Sequence record: NC_071007.1
Reading direction: 5' to 3' (one strand)
Length of the DNA: 64,000 bases
This document shows positions 9,865 to 19,525 of this stretch, one piece after another. Numbering within the stretch: position 1 is the first letter of the stretch; each line of letters starts with the position of its first letter. The translations under genes and the position numbers were made by a program. The notes beneath the pieces were generated by a model, which ran no database searches, was not told the origin of the DNA, and saw only the letters and a list, made by a program, of their open reading frames with translations.

Positions 9865-11220
9865 TTATTCCTCAGTAAAATATTGGGTATAAAGAGAAAG
9901 ATTATGACTAAGCAGTTCTTGGGTGAAATGTTCAAAATCACGTGCTTTAAAATCAGTTCCGAATTCTAGCCAATTCATGACTCGTTGTACAGAAGTTCCT
10001 TCAAAATAAGGTTTAACTTCATCCAGGATCTTTTCCATTTCACGCGCTTTCTTTAATAACTCAGTTTTCTCTTTTACAGAGATTTCTTTCTTGTTATTAA
10101 TTTCTGCCGCATAAACACGTAACACGTTTTTAGCTCGTCGATAAGGGCTATCGTATTCGTTATTAATTTCAAGTGTATAGGAAAGTTTACACAAACCAAA
10201 AATAATTGAAAGCGCAGCAACATGAACGCCTACATAAATACCGACCGGTGGGGAAATAAAGAATAACGTTGCAGTAGCCACACCACCAATACTAAATAAC
10301 TTCCCTAATGGGATAGGAAAATCAGTCAGTGAAGAAAGAGCCACGACTAAAGTTTTGGGGCATCCTACTTTTAACGCATAGATATCAGCGTACGTTTCAG
10401 AAAGACGAGTATATACACCTAACGACAAAGTCCGTCTGGTATTACGATCGTTGATAAATTTGGTGACCATGACATTTAATGCTGTTTCATCCAAGCCTTC
10501 AAGATCTTCTTTTTTAACGGGGGTTTCTGTCCCAGTCTCTTTACCAAAATCTTTAATAATATTATAACGATCAATTCCTGTTTTTGCATTAGCTGCAAGA
10601 CGTGATGTCACATAACAAGAAACTGTATCGAAACATTGACTTTGAATGGTTAAGAAATGGGTAAAGACATGGCCGATCTCGTGACAAATAAAAACAGCTA
10701 TTGCAGAATGATACGGAACTTTGTATTTTTCATGAAGTTCTTTGAAAAAGTATCGGTCAATACTACCACCAACTAACAGCTCAAATTTTACTTTACTAAA
10801 GTCTCCACCGATGCGTCCTGTTTTTGTGTCTACCCAGCCCTTTAAAATATCAGTTTTAAACGTTCTCATTGCCATAGCGACAGAAGAGTGTTGTGCTGAG
10901 TAGTAATCTTCCACTAGTTTGGAATTCATCAAATGGTTAGGGAGTATATAACCACTATCAATAGCTAGCTCTGGCTCTCCGGGTTCTGGACTACGGGAAT
11001 TAACCAACACACCTGATTCCGCAAAAACGATTGTATTTAAATCTTTATAATCGTTTTTGTTCATTACCAGTCTAACAGCACCATCAATTTCTTTAACCAA
11101 TGGTGCAAAGAAATCTTCTAGTTTTTTAAACATGGTTGGAGCAACACGTTCCATAAATTCTAAGCCAGCAACACTGACTTCAAATGGAACGTCTTTTTTA
11201 AGAAAATCTATTCCAATCAT
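9865..11220 (-). CDS. Virion protein with a zinc-metallopeptidase (HExxH) motif and hydrophobic segments
   Basis: ICHEIGH, downstream SETYADIYA, hydrophobic stretch LFSIGGVATATLFFISPPVGIYVGVHVAALSIIFGL, N-terminal AGLE motif; lies in the head module. Confidence 0.55.
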   Translation of the reverse strand: MIGIDFLKKDVPFEVSVAGLEFMERVAPTMFKKLEDFFAPLVKEIDGAVRLVMNKNDYKDLNTIVFAESGVLVNSRSPEPGEPELAIDSGYILPNHLMNSKLVEDYYSAQHSSVAMAMRTFKTDILKGWVDTKTGRIGGDFSKVKFELLVGGSIDRYFFKELHEKYKVPYHSAIAVFICHEIGHVFTHFLTIQSQCFDTVSCYVTSRLAANAKTGIDRYNIIKDFGKETGTETPVKKEDLEGLDETALNVMVTKFINDRNTRRTLSLGVYTRLSETYADIYALKVGCPKTLVVALSSLTDFPIPLGKLFSIGGVATATLFFISPPVGIYVGVHVAALSIIFGLCKLSYTLEINNEYDSPYRRAKNVLRVYAAEINNKKEISVKEKTELLKKAREMEKILDEVKPYFEGTSVQRVMNWLEFGTDFKARDFEHFTQELLSHNLSLYTQYFTEE

Positions 11221-11306
11221 TGTTATACTCCGGAGTAAATTAAAAAGAAAGAGGCAATAGTTTAGACCACCTCTTAATAAGACGTCATAACATTCGGGCC
11301 ATTATT

Positions 11307-13025
11307 ATGCAAAAGAAATTAGTAGCTCGTGTTTGTAAACACGCTTATCTATCGTTTTATAAATACAATAAAGAAAAAGATCTTCTTACAGCAAAGATTA
11401 CAAATATCTTTGATGATGGTTCAAGAGAAAGTCAATTAGTTCATATTGAAGATTATAAGCGTGACTTCTATATTGTCAAAAAGAAATACAGAACATTTAA
11501 AGATTCACGCGACTATATTGAATTGAACAAATGCGATAAATTCCAATCTAACGAGGGGCGTTTAGCGACTAATATTTCTAAAGTTCTTTTTGGTAGACCT
11601 GATCGTCAATCTGATTTAAATGAACTTAAGAATAATCCTTTTATTTTTGGTTGTCAGGAAACCGTCCCTGTTGTTTTTAAACAACGGTTCTATGACAAAT
11701 ACCCTGACCATCAACCACAAGAAGCCTATAGTGTTGCAGCGTATGACGTTGAAACATTTATTTTGCCAGATGGTTCCGTTGGACCTGTGTGTATGGCTTC
11801 CACCACATCCGAGAATCGCGTATATTGGTCTGGGTTACGCTCTATCTTTAAAGGCGAATCTGATCACGTTATCATTAAGAAATTAAATGAGTACGCTGAT
11901 AAGTACCTTAAAGAGTACATGGAAAAACACAATGTTGTTATTCATTTCCAATTAGAAGATACTCCCGGAAAGGTTGTCTATAACAATATTCAGTTCTGGC
12001 ATGAATTAGGTCCTGACTACGTTGTTTCTTGGAACGCTAACTTTGATATGGAAGCAAACCAAAGAGAACTGAAAAATGAAGGGTTTGATTTAGCAAGAAC
12101 GTATTCCGATCCTAATACACCAAATGGTTATCAGGATTATTTTTATTATCCAGGTCGTGAATTTAAAACTAAAGTTGATGGGACTAAAACACCCCTTGAT
12201 AACCATGAACGGTTTCCTGTTGTTAAAGCACCTGCTAAATGGCAGTGGTTTGATGGCATGTCATTTTACGCTATTAAACGTGCACCGCAAGGAAAGAAAG
12301 AGTCGTATTCACTTCAAGCTACTGCTCAGCATGAGAAAGTGCTCTCAAAGCTTTATACAGACGTTGGGAACCATTTACAAGAAGGTTCTGCTGAATGGCA
12401 TAAATGGATGTTGGAAAACGAACCTTATTTGTATTCCATGTACAACATTCAAGATAACTGGGTTATTGAAGATATTAATCGGGCAACTAATGATTATTCA
12501 ATGTCACTTCCGTCATTGTTGACTTCTTCTGAACTAAACTCGTACCAATCTCAACCAAGCATGATTTCGGATATGCTTTCTTTTATTGCATTGAAGAATG
12601 GTTATGTTTGGGGGACAGTAGGTCGTCGTAAAGAAGATCCTTTTAAAGAAATGAAACCAGACCTTCGTGATTGGATCGCCCTGCTTCATGCAGAGATGAA
12701 TGAAGAGAATGGTAAGAAACTTTATGAAGGATTAAATAACTGGGGTTCTAAAGCCCATGGTTACACTGATGACATTGACGTTAGTTCAGCGTATCCTTCT
12801 GTAACTGTTAGTTTGAACGTTAGTAACAAAACAACCAAGCTAGAGGTATGTAAGATAGAAGGGATTGATCGCATTGAATATAGACGACTTGGGGTAAACT
12901 ACGCAAGTAGTCCATTAGCTAATGCAGTTACCTTGGCGTCTACTATTTATGGGATGCCTTCATTGATTGAAATTAATAACTTCTATACGACTAAAGTTAA
13001 AGCCTTTATTGAAGAACAAAATTAA
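11307..13025 (+). CDS. DNA polymerase, split family B, N-terminal subunit (3'-5' exonuclease + motif A; phiKZ gp82-like)
   Basis: ExoI AYDVET, ExoII SWNANFD, ExoIII YNIQD, polymerase motif A DIDVSSAYPS. Confidence 0.85.
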   Translation: MQKKLVARVCKHAYLSFYKYNKEKDLLTAKITNIFDDGSRESQLVHIEDYKRDFYIVKKKYRTFKDSRDYIELNKCDKFQSNEGRLATNISKVLFGRPDRQSDLNELKNNPFIFGCQETVPVVFKQRFYDKYPDHQPQEAYSVAAYDVETFILPDGSVGPVCMASTTSENRVYWSGLRSIFKGESDHVIIKKLNEYADKYLKEYMEKHNVVIHFQLEDTPGKVVYNNIQFWHELGPDYVVSWNANFDMEANQRELKNEGFDLARTYSDPNTPNGYQDYFYYPGREFKTKVDGTKTPLDNHERFPVVKAPAKWQWFDGMSFYAIKRAPQGKKESYSLQATAQHEKVLSKLYTDVGNHLQEGSAEWHKWMLENEPYLYSMYNIQDNWVIEDINRATNDYSMSLPSLLTSSELNSYQSQPSMISDMLSFIALKNGYVWGTVGRRKEDPFKEMKPDLRDWIALLHAEMNEENGKKLYEGLNNWGSKAHGYTDDIDVSSAYPSVTVSLNVSNKTTKLEVCKIEGIDRIEYRRLGVNYASSPLANAVTLASTIYGMPSLIEINNFYTTKVKAFIEEQN

Positions 13026-13040
13026 TTTTTTAGCCTTAAT

Positions 13041-13073
13041 ATTCCTACCTACTCCAATGGAGTAGGTAGGAAT
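13041..13073. terminator. Bidirectional hairpin between convergent genes
   Basis: attcctacctactcca-a-tggagtaggtaggaat, 16-bp arms. Confidence 0.75.
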
Positions 13074-13138
13074 TTATATTATATTTTTGTCAACATCCAT
13101 AAAGATTGGACCACGACATTATGGGTTAAAAATATTAT

Positions 13139-14146
13139 TTATTTAAAACTAGCGACATTGTCATCTAACATAAGCTTATCAAATTCAGCAAGTATTTGTT
13201 TACTATTATTATCATTACCAGAAATATTTGCCTCCATTTTGACACAAACATCAGCAATGTTAAAAATATATTTCTCGCAATCTTTACTGAGTTTTACCAA
13301 CTTGGCAATAGATTTCCCAAGTTGGATAGTGTAAGTTTCAAGACGTTCGTGTTGCTTAGTAAGGTTTTCATCTTTCCCAACAAACTGTTTATTCCTGTTC
13401 AAAGCTTGGGTTGCAATTTCAAGATCAGCAGTCATAGTCGCAATTAGCTTCTTTGCTTCTGTACGAACAGAAGCAATAATATTGGCCATTGATTGTCCGT
13501 CTTCGACTGCCTTAAAAAGAGCAAGTATTGAACCGTCCTGAGTTCTACCATTTTCATGGTCTTTGATCATTTTAGTCAGTTTTTCAAGTTCTGCACGAAG
13601 CTTGGTCCCGTTATAACCTTCAGCATTACCAAGTGTAGTAATAGAAAGACCTGTTAGGTCAAGTTTTCTATAGGACGCCGACATAGTCTCTGTCATTACA
13701 TCCCAGAATTCATTGTAACTTGCAAAACGCACGCTTCCATATTTCCCAGAAAGAATACTTTCCAGTTTTGCTTTGGATGCGGTCGCTTCTTCCAATAACT
13801 TTTCTAGTTTATGATTTGGAGCGGCCTTGATTACAAATGTCGATTTGGGAATTTGTTCAATCACTTTTGAAAGACTTGTGTCACTTTTACCAGAACGACT
13901 GCCAAAAAAGAATTCCTTAATCGCCCGTAAGAAATTCATGATCATTTCGAGTATTTTCTTACCTCCAGCTTTAATAGCGGTACCAAACCCTTCTTGACCA
14001 GAGATCGCTCCCATATCTACGCCATTGAGCTTCAGTACAGTTTGAGCGTAGATACCATCAGGGGTTTTAAAATCTTTATTAGCAATAGATTCAAATCCAG
14101 AAAGTACACTAAAGACATGATCCATTTGTTCAATATTAACGTTCAT
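13139..14146 (-). CDS. phiKZ-like internal head protein paralog
   Basis: SGFES and SGQEG motifs followed by FGTAIKAGGKKILEMIMNFLRAIKEFFFG, the same architecture as 7887..9434. Confidence 0.55.
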   Translation of the reverse strand: MNVNIEQMDHVFSVLSGFESIANKDFKTPDGIYAQTVLKLNGVDMGAISGQEGFGTAIKAGGKKILEMIMNFLRAIKEFFFGSRSGKSDTSLSKVIEQIPKSTFVIKAAPNHKLEKLLEEATASKAKLESILSGKYGSVRFASYNEFWDVMTETMSASYRKLDLTGLSITTLGNAEGYNGTKLRAELEKLTKMIKDHENGRTQDGSILALFKAVEDGQSMANIIASVRTEAKKLIATMTADLEIATQALNRNKQFVGKDENLTKQHERLETYTIQLGKSIAKLVKLSKDCEKYIFNIADVCVKMEANISGNDNNSKQILAEFDKLMLDDNVASFK

Positions 14147-14214
14147 ATTAAAATCCTTTAAAATAAAAATACCCAGTATAGCAAAATATTAAGCAAACAA
14201 AAAATATTATAACC

Positions 14215-14244
14215 CTCCCATTTCCTAGTGTTAGGAAATGGGAG
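14215..14244 (-). terminator. Intrinsic terminator-like hairpin
   Basis: ctcccatttccta-gtgt-taggaaatgggag, with an A-rich tract on the + strand to its left. Confidence 0.7.
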
Positions 14245-14250
14245 ATAAAA

Positions 14251-14664
14251 CTATGCATTCAATTGGTAATTATCTTCCATTTCTTGTTTTTGAGGATCAA
14301 CAAGATTTAGAAAATATTCTTCTTTGATTTTCTTTAAACTAGCTAAAGGGGAATTCAATGTAAAGAATTCTGGATACGGGACAATATCAGATTCAACATC
14401 AAATCCAGGAATAAATAATTTATTTTTAGGTGTAATGTAAATGAATATTAAACTGTCGCTTAATGATCGTACTGCGTGTTTAGTCCCTGTTGGAATTGTA
14501 TCTTTATTAAAATCAGAAATATGACAACGATAACCTACCAGCTTTGGCAATATTAATTGAACTGTATTCTTTTCACAGAAAAAAGATCCAATATAATTAT
14601 TGTCTTTTAAAACAATTAATTCTGAAATTAACATAATAACTCCATCAATTTGCAATCCGGTCAA
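14251..14664 (-). CDS. Hypothetical protein
   Basis: 137-aa ORF overlapping the upstream gene; exact start uncertain. Confidence 0.5.
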   Translation of the reverse strand: MTGLQIDGVIMLISELIVLKDNNYIGSFFCEKNTVQLILPKLVGYRCHISDFNKDTIPTGTKHAVRSLSDSLIFIYITPKNKLFIPGFDVESDIVPYPEFFTLNSPLASLKKIKEEYFLNLVDPQKQEMEDNYQLNA

Positions 14665-15223
14665 TATAACGTTTCATAATCTGATTTGTTGTTTCCAACA
14701 TTTCATTTTTGAATTGATTCAACAAATCTTGTACTTCTTGATTAGTGTAGGTTTCTTTATGGAGTGACCATTGATTGATGTGGGTCTTTGGCTTAAGCAG
14801 CTCTGTGTGTAATTTAACTTCCCCGATAGGGCTGAAAGAATGATAAAGGGTTTCTAAAGCAGTCAAAACAGAATTGAATTCATTATCCCTTCCTACGACA
14901 ACATAATCTTCCTCGTTAGTTAAAGGAAACTCTTTAAATTCCGACATTTGTTTAAAAGTCTTTTCAATACTAATAAAGATATAATTTTTATTTGCAGTTT
15001 TTATAATATTGAGATAACATAGATTTTTACTATTGAACCGGTTTTTAACCGCAGTAAGATTATCTAATCTATTTTTCCATCTACTAGATTCTTTTCCGGA
15101 TACTTCTAGTGGATTAATACCCTTGTCCCAGCTCAAATAGATATACCCACTGGTGTTATAGACAAAATCCGTAAAACCACCATTACTGAATCGATTCAAG
15201 ATAACGTTATCATTAATAGACAT
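14645..15223 (-). CDS. Hypothetical protein
   Basis: 192-aa ORF with SD aagga, downstream of a promoter motif. Confidence 0.6.
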   Translation of the reverse strand: MSINDNVILNRFSNGGFTDFVYNTSGYIYLSWDKGINPLEVSGKESSRWKNRLDNLTAVKNRFNSKNLCYLNIIKTANKNYIFISIEKTFKQMSEFKEFPLTNEEDYVVVGRDNEFNSVLTALETLYHSFSPIGEVKLHTELLKPKTHINQWSLHKETYTNQEVQDLLNQFKNEMLETTNQIMKRYIDRIAN

Positions 15224-15245
15224 GTTTGTTTCCTTTTGTCGGTTA

Positions 15246-15265
15246 CATATAAATAATATCGGTTT
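15246..15265 (-). promoter_or_regulatory. Phage promoter motif (early-type)
   Basis: Minus strand AAACC-GATATTAT-ttata-TG. Confidence 0.65.
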
Positions 15266-15283
15266 ATAAAAATATAGATAAAA

Positions 15284-15318
15284 TTAACTCTTACCTCCAA
15301 ATTGGAGGTAAGAGTTAA
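15284..15318 (-). terminator. Hairpin terminator
   Basis: ttaactcttacctccaa-a-ttggaggtaagagttaa, 17-bp arms. Confidence 0.75.
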
Positions 15319-15329
15319 ATAAAGTATTA

Positions 15330-15875
15330 TTAACGATATGCGTAGTTGTTCAAAGTCTGAGCTGCGTTTGCCGGGAACATATGAACAAGTTTTGCGACAT
15401 CAAAACCATTAATGAATTGGTCGCGCACTTTGATGTTAGCGGAAAGCATTACCATGAACAACATGAATTTCTTGTAACGATCGATATCCATGGCAGGAGC
15501 AAGTTTTTGCTTTTCAATTTCATAAAGAGGGGCGTACAAACTGTTTTGACCAAATACAGGTTTGTTTTCTGCGATTTTAACTACCCAGTGGTCAAGTACT
15601 TCATGTGCTTGATTTCCATCAATTTGAAGAAGATTAACAATGTCCTTCATAAAGGCAATTTGGAAATCAGTTCGTTCTTCTGGAGAACTGTTTTTATATT
15701 CTCCTTTAAGGAACAGAATAAACTTATCAAAACCATTCTTATAAATGGTTGCCGGAGTTGTAGGAATGACTTCAGTAGGAACACCCAGAGCGGTATCCAT
15801 CCCCTTTACTTTATCAGTTTGTTCTTCAACAACGTTACTGCGGGTTTCAACAACAGGCGGTTTTAACGTTTTCAT
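15330..15875 (-). CDS. Conserved hypothetical protein
   Basis: 181-aa ORF abutting the upstream gene. Confidence 0.6.
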   Translation of the reverse strand: MKTLKPPVVETRSNVVEEQTDKVKGMDTALGVPTEVIPTTPATIYKNGFDKFILFLKGEYKNSSPEERTDFQIAFMKDIVNLLQIDGNQAHEVLDHWVVKIAENKPVFGQNSLYAPLYEIEKQKLAPAMDIDRYKKFMLFMVMLSANIKVRDQFINGFDVAKLVHMFPANAAQTLNNYAYR

Positions 15876-16262
15876 TTACATGTTATCCTTAATGTGTTTT
15901 TCCAACATTTTTGTTGGATCTAAATTACCCATTTTGTTTTTAGCGGCACGCTGCGCTTGTTCTTTGGCTTTACGTTTACCTACCGCTACACCTTCCAAAA
16001 GATCATCAATCAAATTGACAGGAGAATCCATGTAATCTTTCAAAGGTATTAATGTGTCGTATTCACGAAGCCCAAATGTTTCACCGATACTTTTAATTGA
16101 AAATATATGGAAAAAATCTCTACGTTGATGATTATACACTAACGTATTCGCCATTGTTTCTTTTTCATTAACCCATCCGTATGACATGCAATATGCACGA
16201 TGTTCGGAAAACAACGTCTCCAAGCTAGAGACGTTGTCTTTTCTATAGGTATTGTAAAGCAA
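15876..16262 (-). CDS. Conserved hypothetical protein
   Basis: 128-aa ORF with TTG start. Confidence 0.5.
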   Translation of the reverse strand: MLYNTYRKDNVSSLETLFSEHRAYCMSYGWVNEKETMANTLVYNHQRRDFFHIFSIKSIGETFGLREYDTLIPLKDYMDSPVNLIDDLLEGVAVGKRKAKEQAQRAAKNKMGNLDPTKMLEKHIKDNM

Positions 16263-16315
16263 CTTATTGGCTGATTCTAACCATCGTTTTCCACTACCGG
16301 TGTGGTCGGGATAAC

Positions 16316-17926
16316 TTAAGAAAGAATTTCCTCTTGTAAAGCTCCGATCTCCCGACGAAGTGCTATCAACATCCGGGCCTGGTCGAAAAAATTCAATATT
16401 GGATCAATTGGTGTAAATCCAGCACGAATTTCTTTTTGAGGATGATGTTGTTTGCATTTTGGACATTGATCGTCGGCAATACCAACAAAGGTATAAGAGA
16501 AACGAGGAATAACTTTTAGCACTTTAGTAAGTGCCTCGGTGTAGAACTCTTCATCCTCATTGAACATATCAATGAGACCTTGGTTAAACTCACCAGGGTC
16601 TTCTGACCGAAGAATTACTTCATCTTTCTCATCGGGGTTAAGAGGATCTGCTTTATTTGTCATTGATTTAAAATATTGCAGATAATCGATCATTCGCAAA
16701 GAACTAATGAGTTCTTTTCTCTTTTCGCTAAATTCGTTGGCATTTGGGAATTGAGATGCTAGTTCTCGAATTTCTTTATTAACCAGATTAGCTGCGTGAT
16801 CGAAACAAGTGAAATATTCAGACAAATAAGGACTGTCAATATCAAGTACAATATCGCCAGTTGGGCTGACCACTTTGGAATCAATATCTGTCATATCGAC
16901 ATCACGATAAGGAACTGTACTTTTCCACAACTCTTCACGGGTATATTTTTTACCAGTGTTAATTGTTTCAAGCATTTGATTCCAATATGCTTCAGGATAC
17001 CGGATATCATCAAAAACAACCAGCTCAGCGGGGTCAACCAAAATGTTCCGAGAGTCTTGGCAACTTTCCGCAAGACAGGTAAGACGATAAGAAACGCCCT
17101 TAGGTGCTGCAATAGCCAAAATAGCAGTGGCAATAATATCAGCATCTTCACGCTTAATAACGGTCAGCAGTTCTTCTGATTCGACAATATCACTAACTGA
17201 CCAATAAGTGCAACGGCTCAGTACCCAATTCATGATGGTTCTGATAATCAATGCGCGTTCCAAATGTAAACTTGAAATACGAATTCGACCACCAAACTGA
17301 GTACGTTGTAGCGATACAGAAATATTATTAATTAGACTAGCCAATTCCCATGGAGTAGGAACTTTAACCCGAAGTAAAATTCGAGAGTTCATCAGAGTGA
17401 TAATAAATTCATCTGCCGATGACGATGCTTTCAAAAGACTACGCCGCATTCGATCACGAATACTTGTCTTATTACGTGTGTTTTTAACCGGAACTGGTTC
17501 AATAAGACTCATTACACCAGCTTCACGTTGAATCTGGTTGCTGAATCTTTCTGCATTGAGAAGATCTAAGTTATCTTGACGGCGAAGAGTCCGTTCACCA
17601 CGTTGGATAAAGGTAAAGTAATTACCCAGGGTTTGTTCCAATTCATCTTCATTAACATCGGAGAAATGTTTCTCTTTTAACTCTTGATATTTAACTTCCA
17701 AAGAGTTGATGATCTGATCAGGAACGCCTTTGCCTTCTTCTTTATCCATCTTCATTTGACGAAGTTGAACAAAGACAACTGCTGTCTCCATGATGGCTTC
17801 GTGTTGTTCTTTCAAAGAACCCAAGAAAAGGGGCGTTGCAAACCCTGCGTTATTTTCCCCTTCTTTAAACGGGGATTTATAACCAGCACCTTTGCGCTGG
17901 TCGTGATCATTAACTTGTTCAGACAT
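16316..17926 (-). CDS. Conserved phiKZ-like protein with C-terminal CxxC (phiKZ gp77-like)
   Basis: Likely start ATG 17926 (MSEQVND); C-terminal DQCPKC...FTPIDPILNFF; synteny. Confidence 0.5.
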   Translation of the reverse strand: MSEQVNDHDQRKGAGYKSPFKEGENNAGFATPLFLGSLKEQHEAIMETAVVFVQLRQMKMDKEEGKGVPDQIINSLEVKYQELKEKHFSDVNEDELEQTLGNYFTFIQRGERTLRRQDNLDLLNAERFSNQIQREAGVMSLIEPVPVKNTRNKTSIRDRMRRSLLKASSSADEFIITLMNSRILLRVKVPTPWELASLINNISVSLQRTQFGGRIRISSLHLERALIIRTIMNWVLSRCTYWSVSDIVESEELLTVIKREDADIIATAILAIAAPKGVSYRLTCLAESCQDSRNILVDPAELVVFDDIRYPEAYWNQMLETINTGKKYTREELWKSTVPYRDVDMTDIDSKVVSPTGDIVLDIDSPYLSEYFTCFDHAANLVNKEIRELASQFPNANEFSEKRKELISSLRMIDYLQYFKSMTNKADPLNPDEKDEVILRSEDPGEFNQGLIDMFNEDEEFYTEALTKVLKVIPRFSYTFVGIADDQCPKCKQHHPQKEIRAGFTPIDPILNFFDQARMLIALRREIGALQEEILS

Positions 17927-18608
17927 TTTGCATAAACTCCGATTTAACGCTGGCTTGTTCCAAAATACTGTATGCGACCGCTTCGGTAACGGCAATACGT
18001 GCTTCATCCATAGTAACTGATGGGTTTTCGATCATATACTCTTTTGCAGATCCAGTGACGTAACCTGCAATAGTGATACCATGTTGACCATCGATTTTTC
18101 CAATCTCTTCGTACAGTTCAGTAGCACGAGTTTCCAATTCACTACCAATGTCGAAAATATTCATTACAAATTTTTCTGGAGCAGCTTCTTCAAGTGCTTT
18201 AAGACCAGAAAACGTTTTGTCGATGTTCATCATCGAGCGGGCGATGTCTTCAATATCGATACTTGGCTGATAATCGATTTTCCCTTGTTCACTCAATTTA
18301 ACTGCTAGGGCATTATAACAGAAAAGTTTGAAGCAATCGCCGATAGCTTGACGAGTAGAAACAATAAGTTCCTCGGTATTAATTTTACCCAATACTTCTT
18401 TATTAATTCCACCTGCATCTTTGATAATTGAATCCAATTCATTATTATCAAGAGAAGTACGGATTTTTTCTAGTGTTTTATTGAACGTTTTAGATTTAAC
18501 GGGTTTAACACTAATCTGATTACGATTAGCATTTTTCTTTTTTGCAGCACTGATAGTTTTACGAGCAGCACGCTTTTTGCTTGCTTTTAATTGTGCTTTA
18601 TTGGACAT
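17919..18608 (-). CDS. Hypothetical protein with Lys/Arg/Ala-rich N-terminus
   Basis: 229 aa; MSNKAQLKASKKRAARKTISAAKKK; SD ggag. Confidence 0.6.
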   Translation of the reverse strand: MSNKAQLKASKKRAARKTISAAKKKNANRNQISVKPVKSKTFNKTLEKIRTSLDNNELDSIIKDAGGINKEVLGKINTEELIVSTRQAIGDCFKLFCYNALAVKLSEQGKIDYQPSIDIEDIARSMMNIDKTFSGLKALEEAAPEKFVMNIFDIGSELETRATELYEEIGKIDGQHGITIAGYVTGSAKEYMIENPSVTMDEARIAVTEAVAYSILEQASVKSEFMQNV

Positions 18609-18646
18609 TGTATGACTCCACCTTTTGTTAAATAAAGGAACAAAAT

Positions 18647-19525
18647 ATGTTTGATGTTATTGATATTGAAAATGAAGATTTTGCGCTTTCTGATATTGGA
18701 GAAATGTGGTTAGACTTTTGTGTTACCTGCTCCGAACAATCAGCTATACAATTCAAAACGGCGTATAACTTAATTACACTTTCATTCCCAGACAATAACC
18801 TTGGTAATGATATTACCCACATTTTAATTGACGACAGTATTGAAACTGTTGACAAATCTTCTCATGTTAGAAAAATCCTTGTCTTTGGTTTGATTGACTG
18901 TTTAAATGTATTAGGGATCACTATTGATCTTGATTTTACTGAACCTAATCACCTTAAAGATATTACGTTGATTCTTGATACTCTTTATACTACTGATGGA
19001 TTTGAAGATATTCTTTCTTTAAATACCATTTTGGAAAATGAAGAGTTAGATACCAAAGGACGTTTTATTGAGGTCATTAAGAAACTTTATCCAGATCAAG
19101 ATTGTGAGTGTTTTGATTACATAATTAAAGATGTAAACCCAATGGTTACTAAAGGTATCCTAGTTGGTTTGAACATTCTCTCAACTGACGATAACGAGTA
19201 TCTTGAACCCTCTTTGAAAAAACGAATGGTTGCTAACAAGCCATTTTTAAAAGGAACCTTAGGAGAACGACATATTATTAACGGCGGTGCGCCAGGATTA
19301 AACTTAGAAAATTTAACTATGCTGTTTGTAAATGAGTTAGGTCAAGCCATGGTTGAATCCCAAGATCAGTACCTTAAAGAAGTATTAAGTTTAATGGTGG
19401 TCGCTAATTTAAGTGACAGTCAAATTGAATCACAATTCATGTCTTTGGTTAATCAATTTGGTGAAGATTTCCAATTACTTTATCGTGCTCAAGAAATGTT
19501 GAAACAGGTAACTCTTCATGAATAA
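18647..19525 (+). CDS. Conserved virion protein (phiKZ gp79-like)
   Basis: 292 aa; SD aagga; overlaps the start of the vRNAP subunit gene. Confidence 0.5.
   Translation: MFDVIDIENEDFALSDIGEMWLDFCVTCSEQSAIQFKTAYNLITLSFPDNNLGNDITHILIDDSIETVDKSSHVRKILVFGLIDCLNVLGITIDLDFTEPNHLKDITLILDTLYTTDGFEDILSLNTILENEELDTKGRFIEVIKKLYPDQDCECFDYIIKDVNPMVTKGILVGLNILSTDDNEYLEPSLKKRMVANKPFLKGTLGERHIINGGAPGLNLENLTMLFVNELGQAMVESQDQYLKEVLSLMVVANLSDSQIESQFMSLVNQFGEDFQLLYRAQEMLKQVTLHE

Noticed and set aside
3117-18646. Late-promoter (TATG-type) motif upstream of structural genes
   Set aside because: Too short and inconsistently placed to support from sequence alone.
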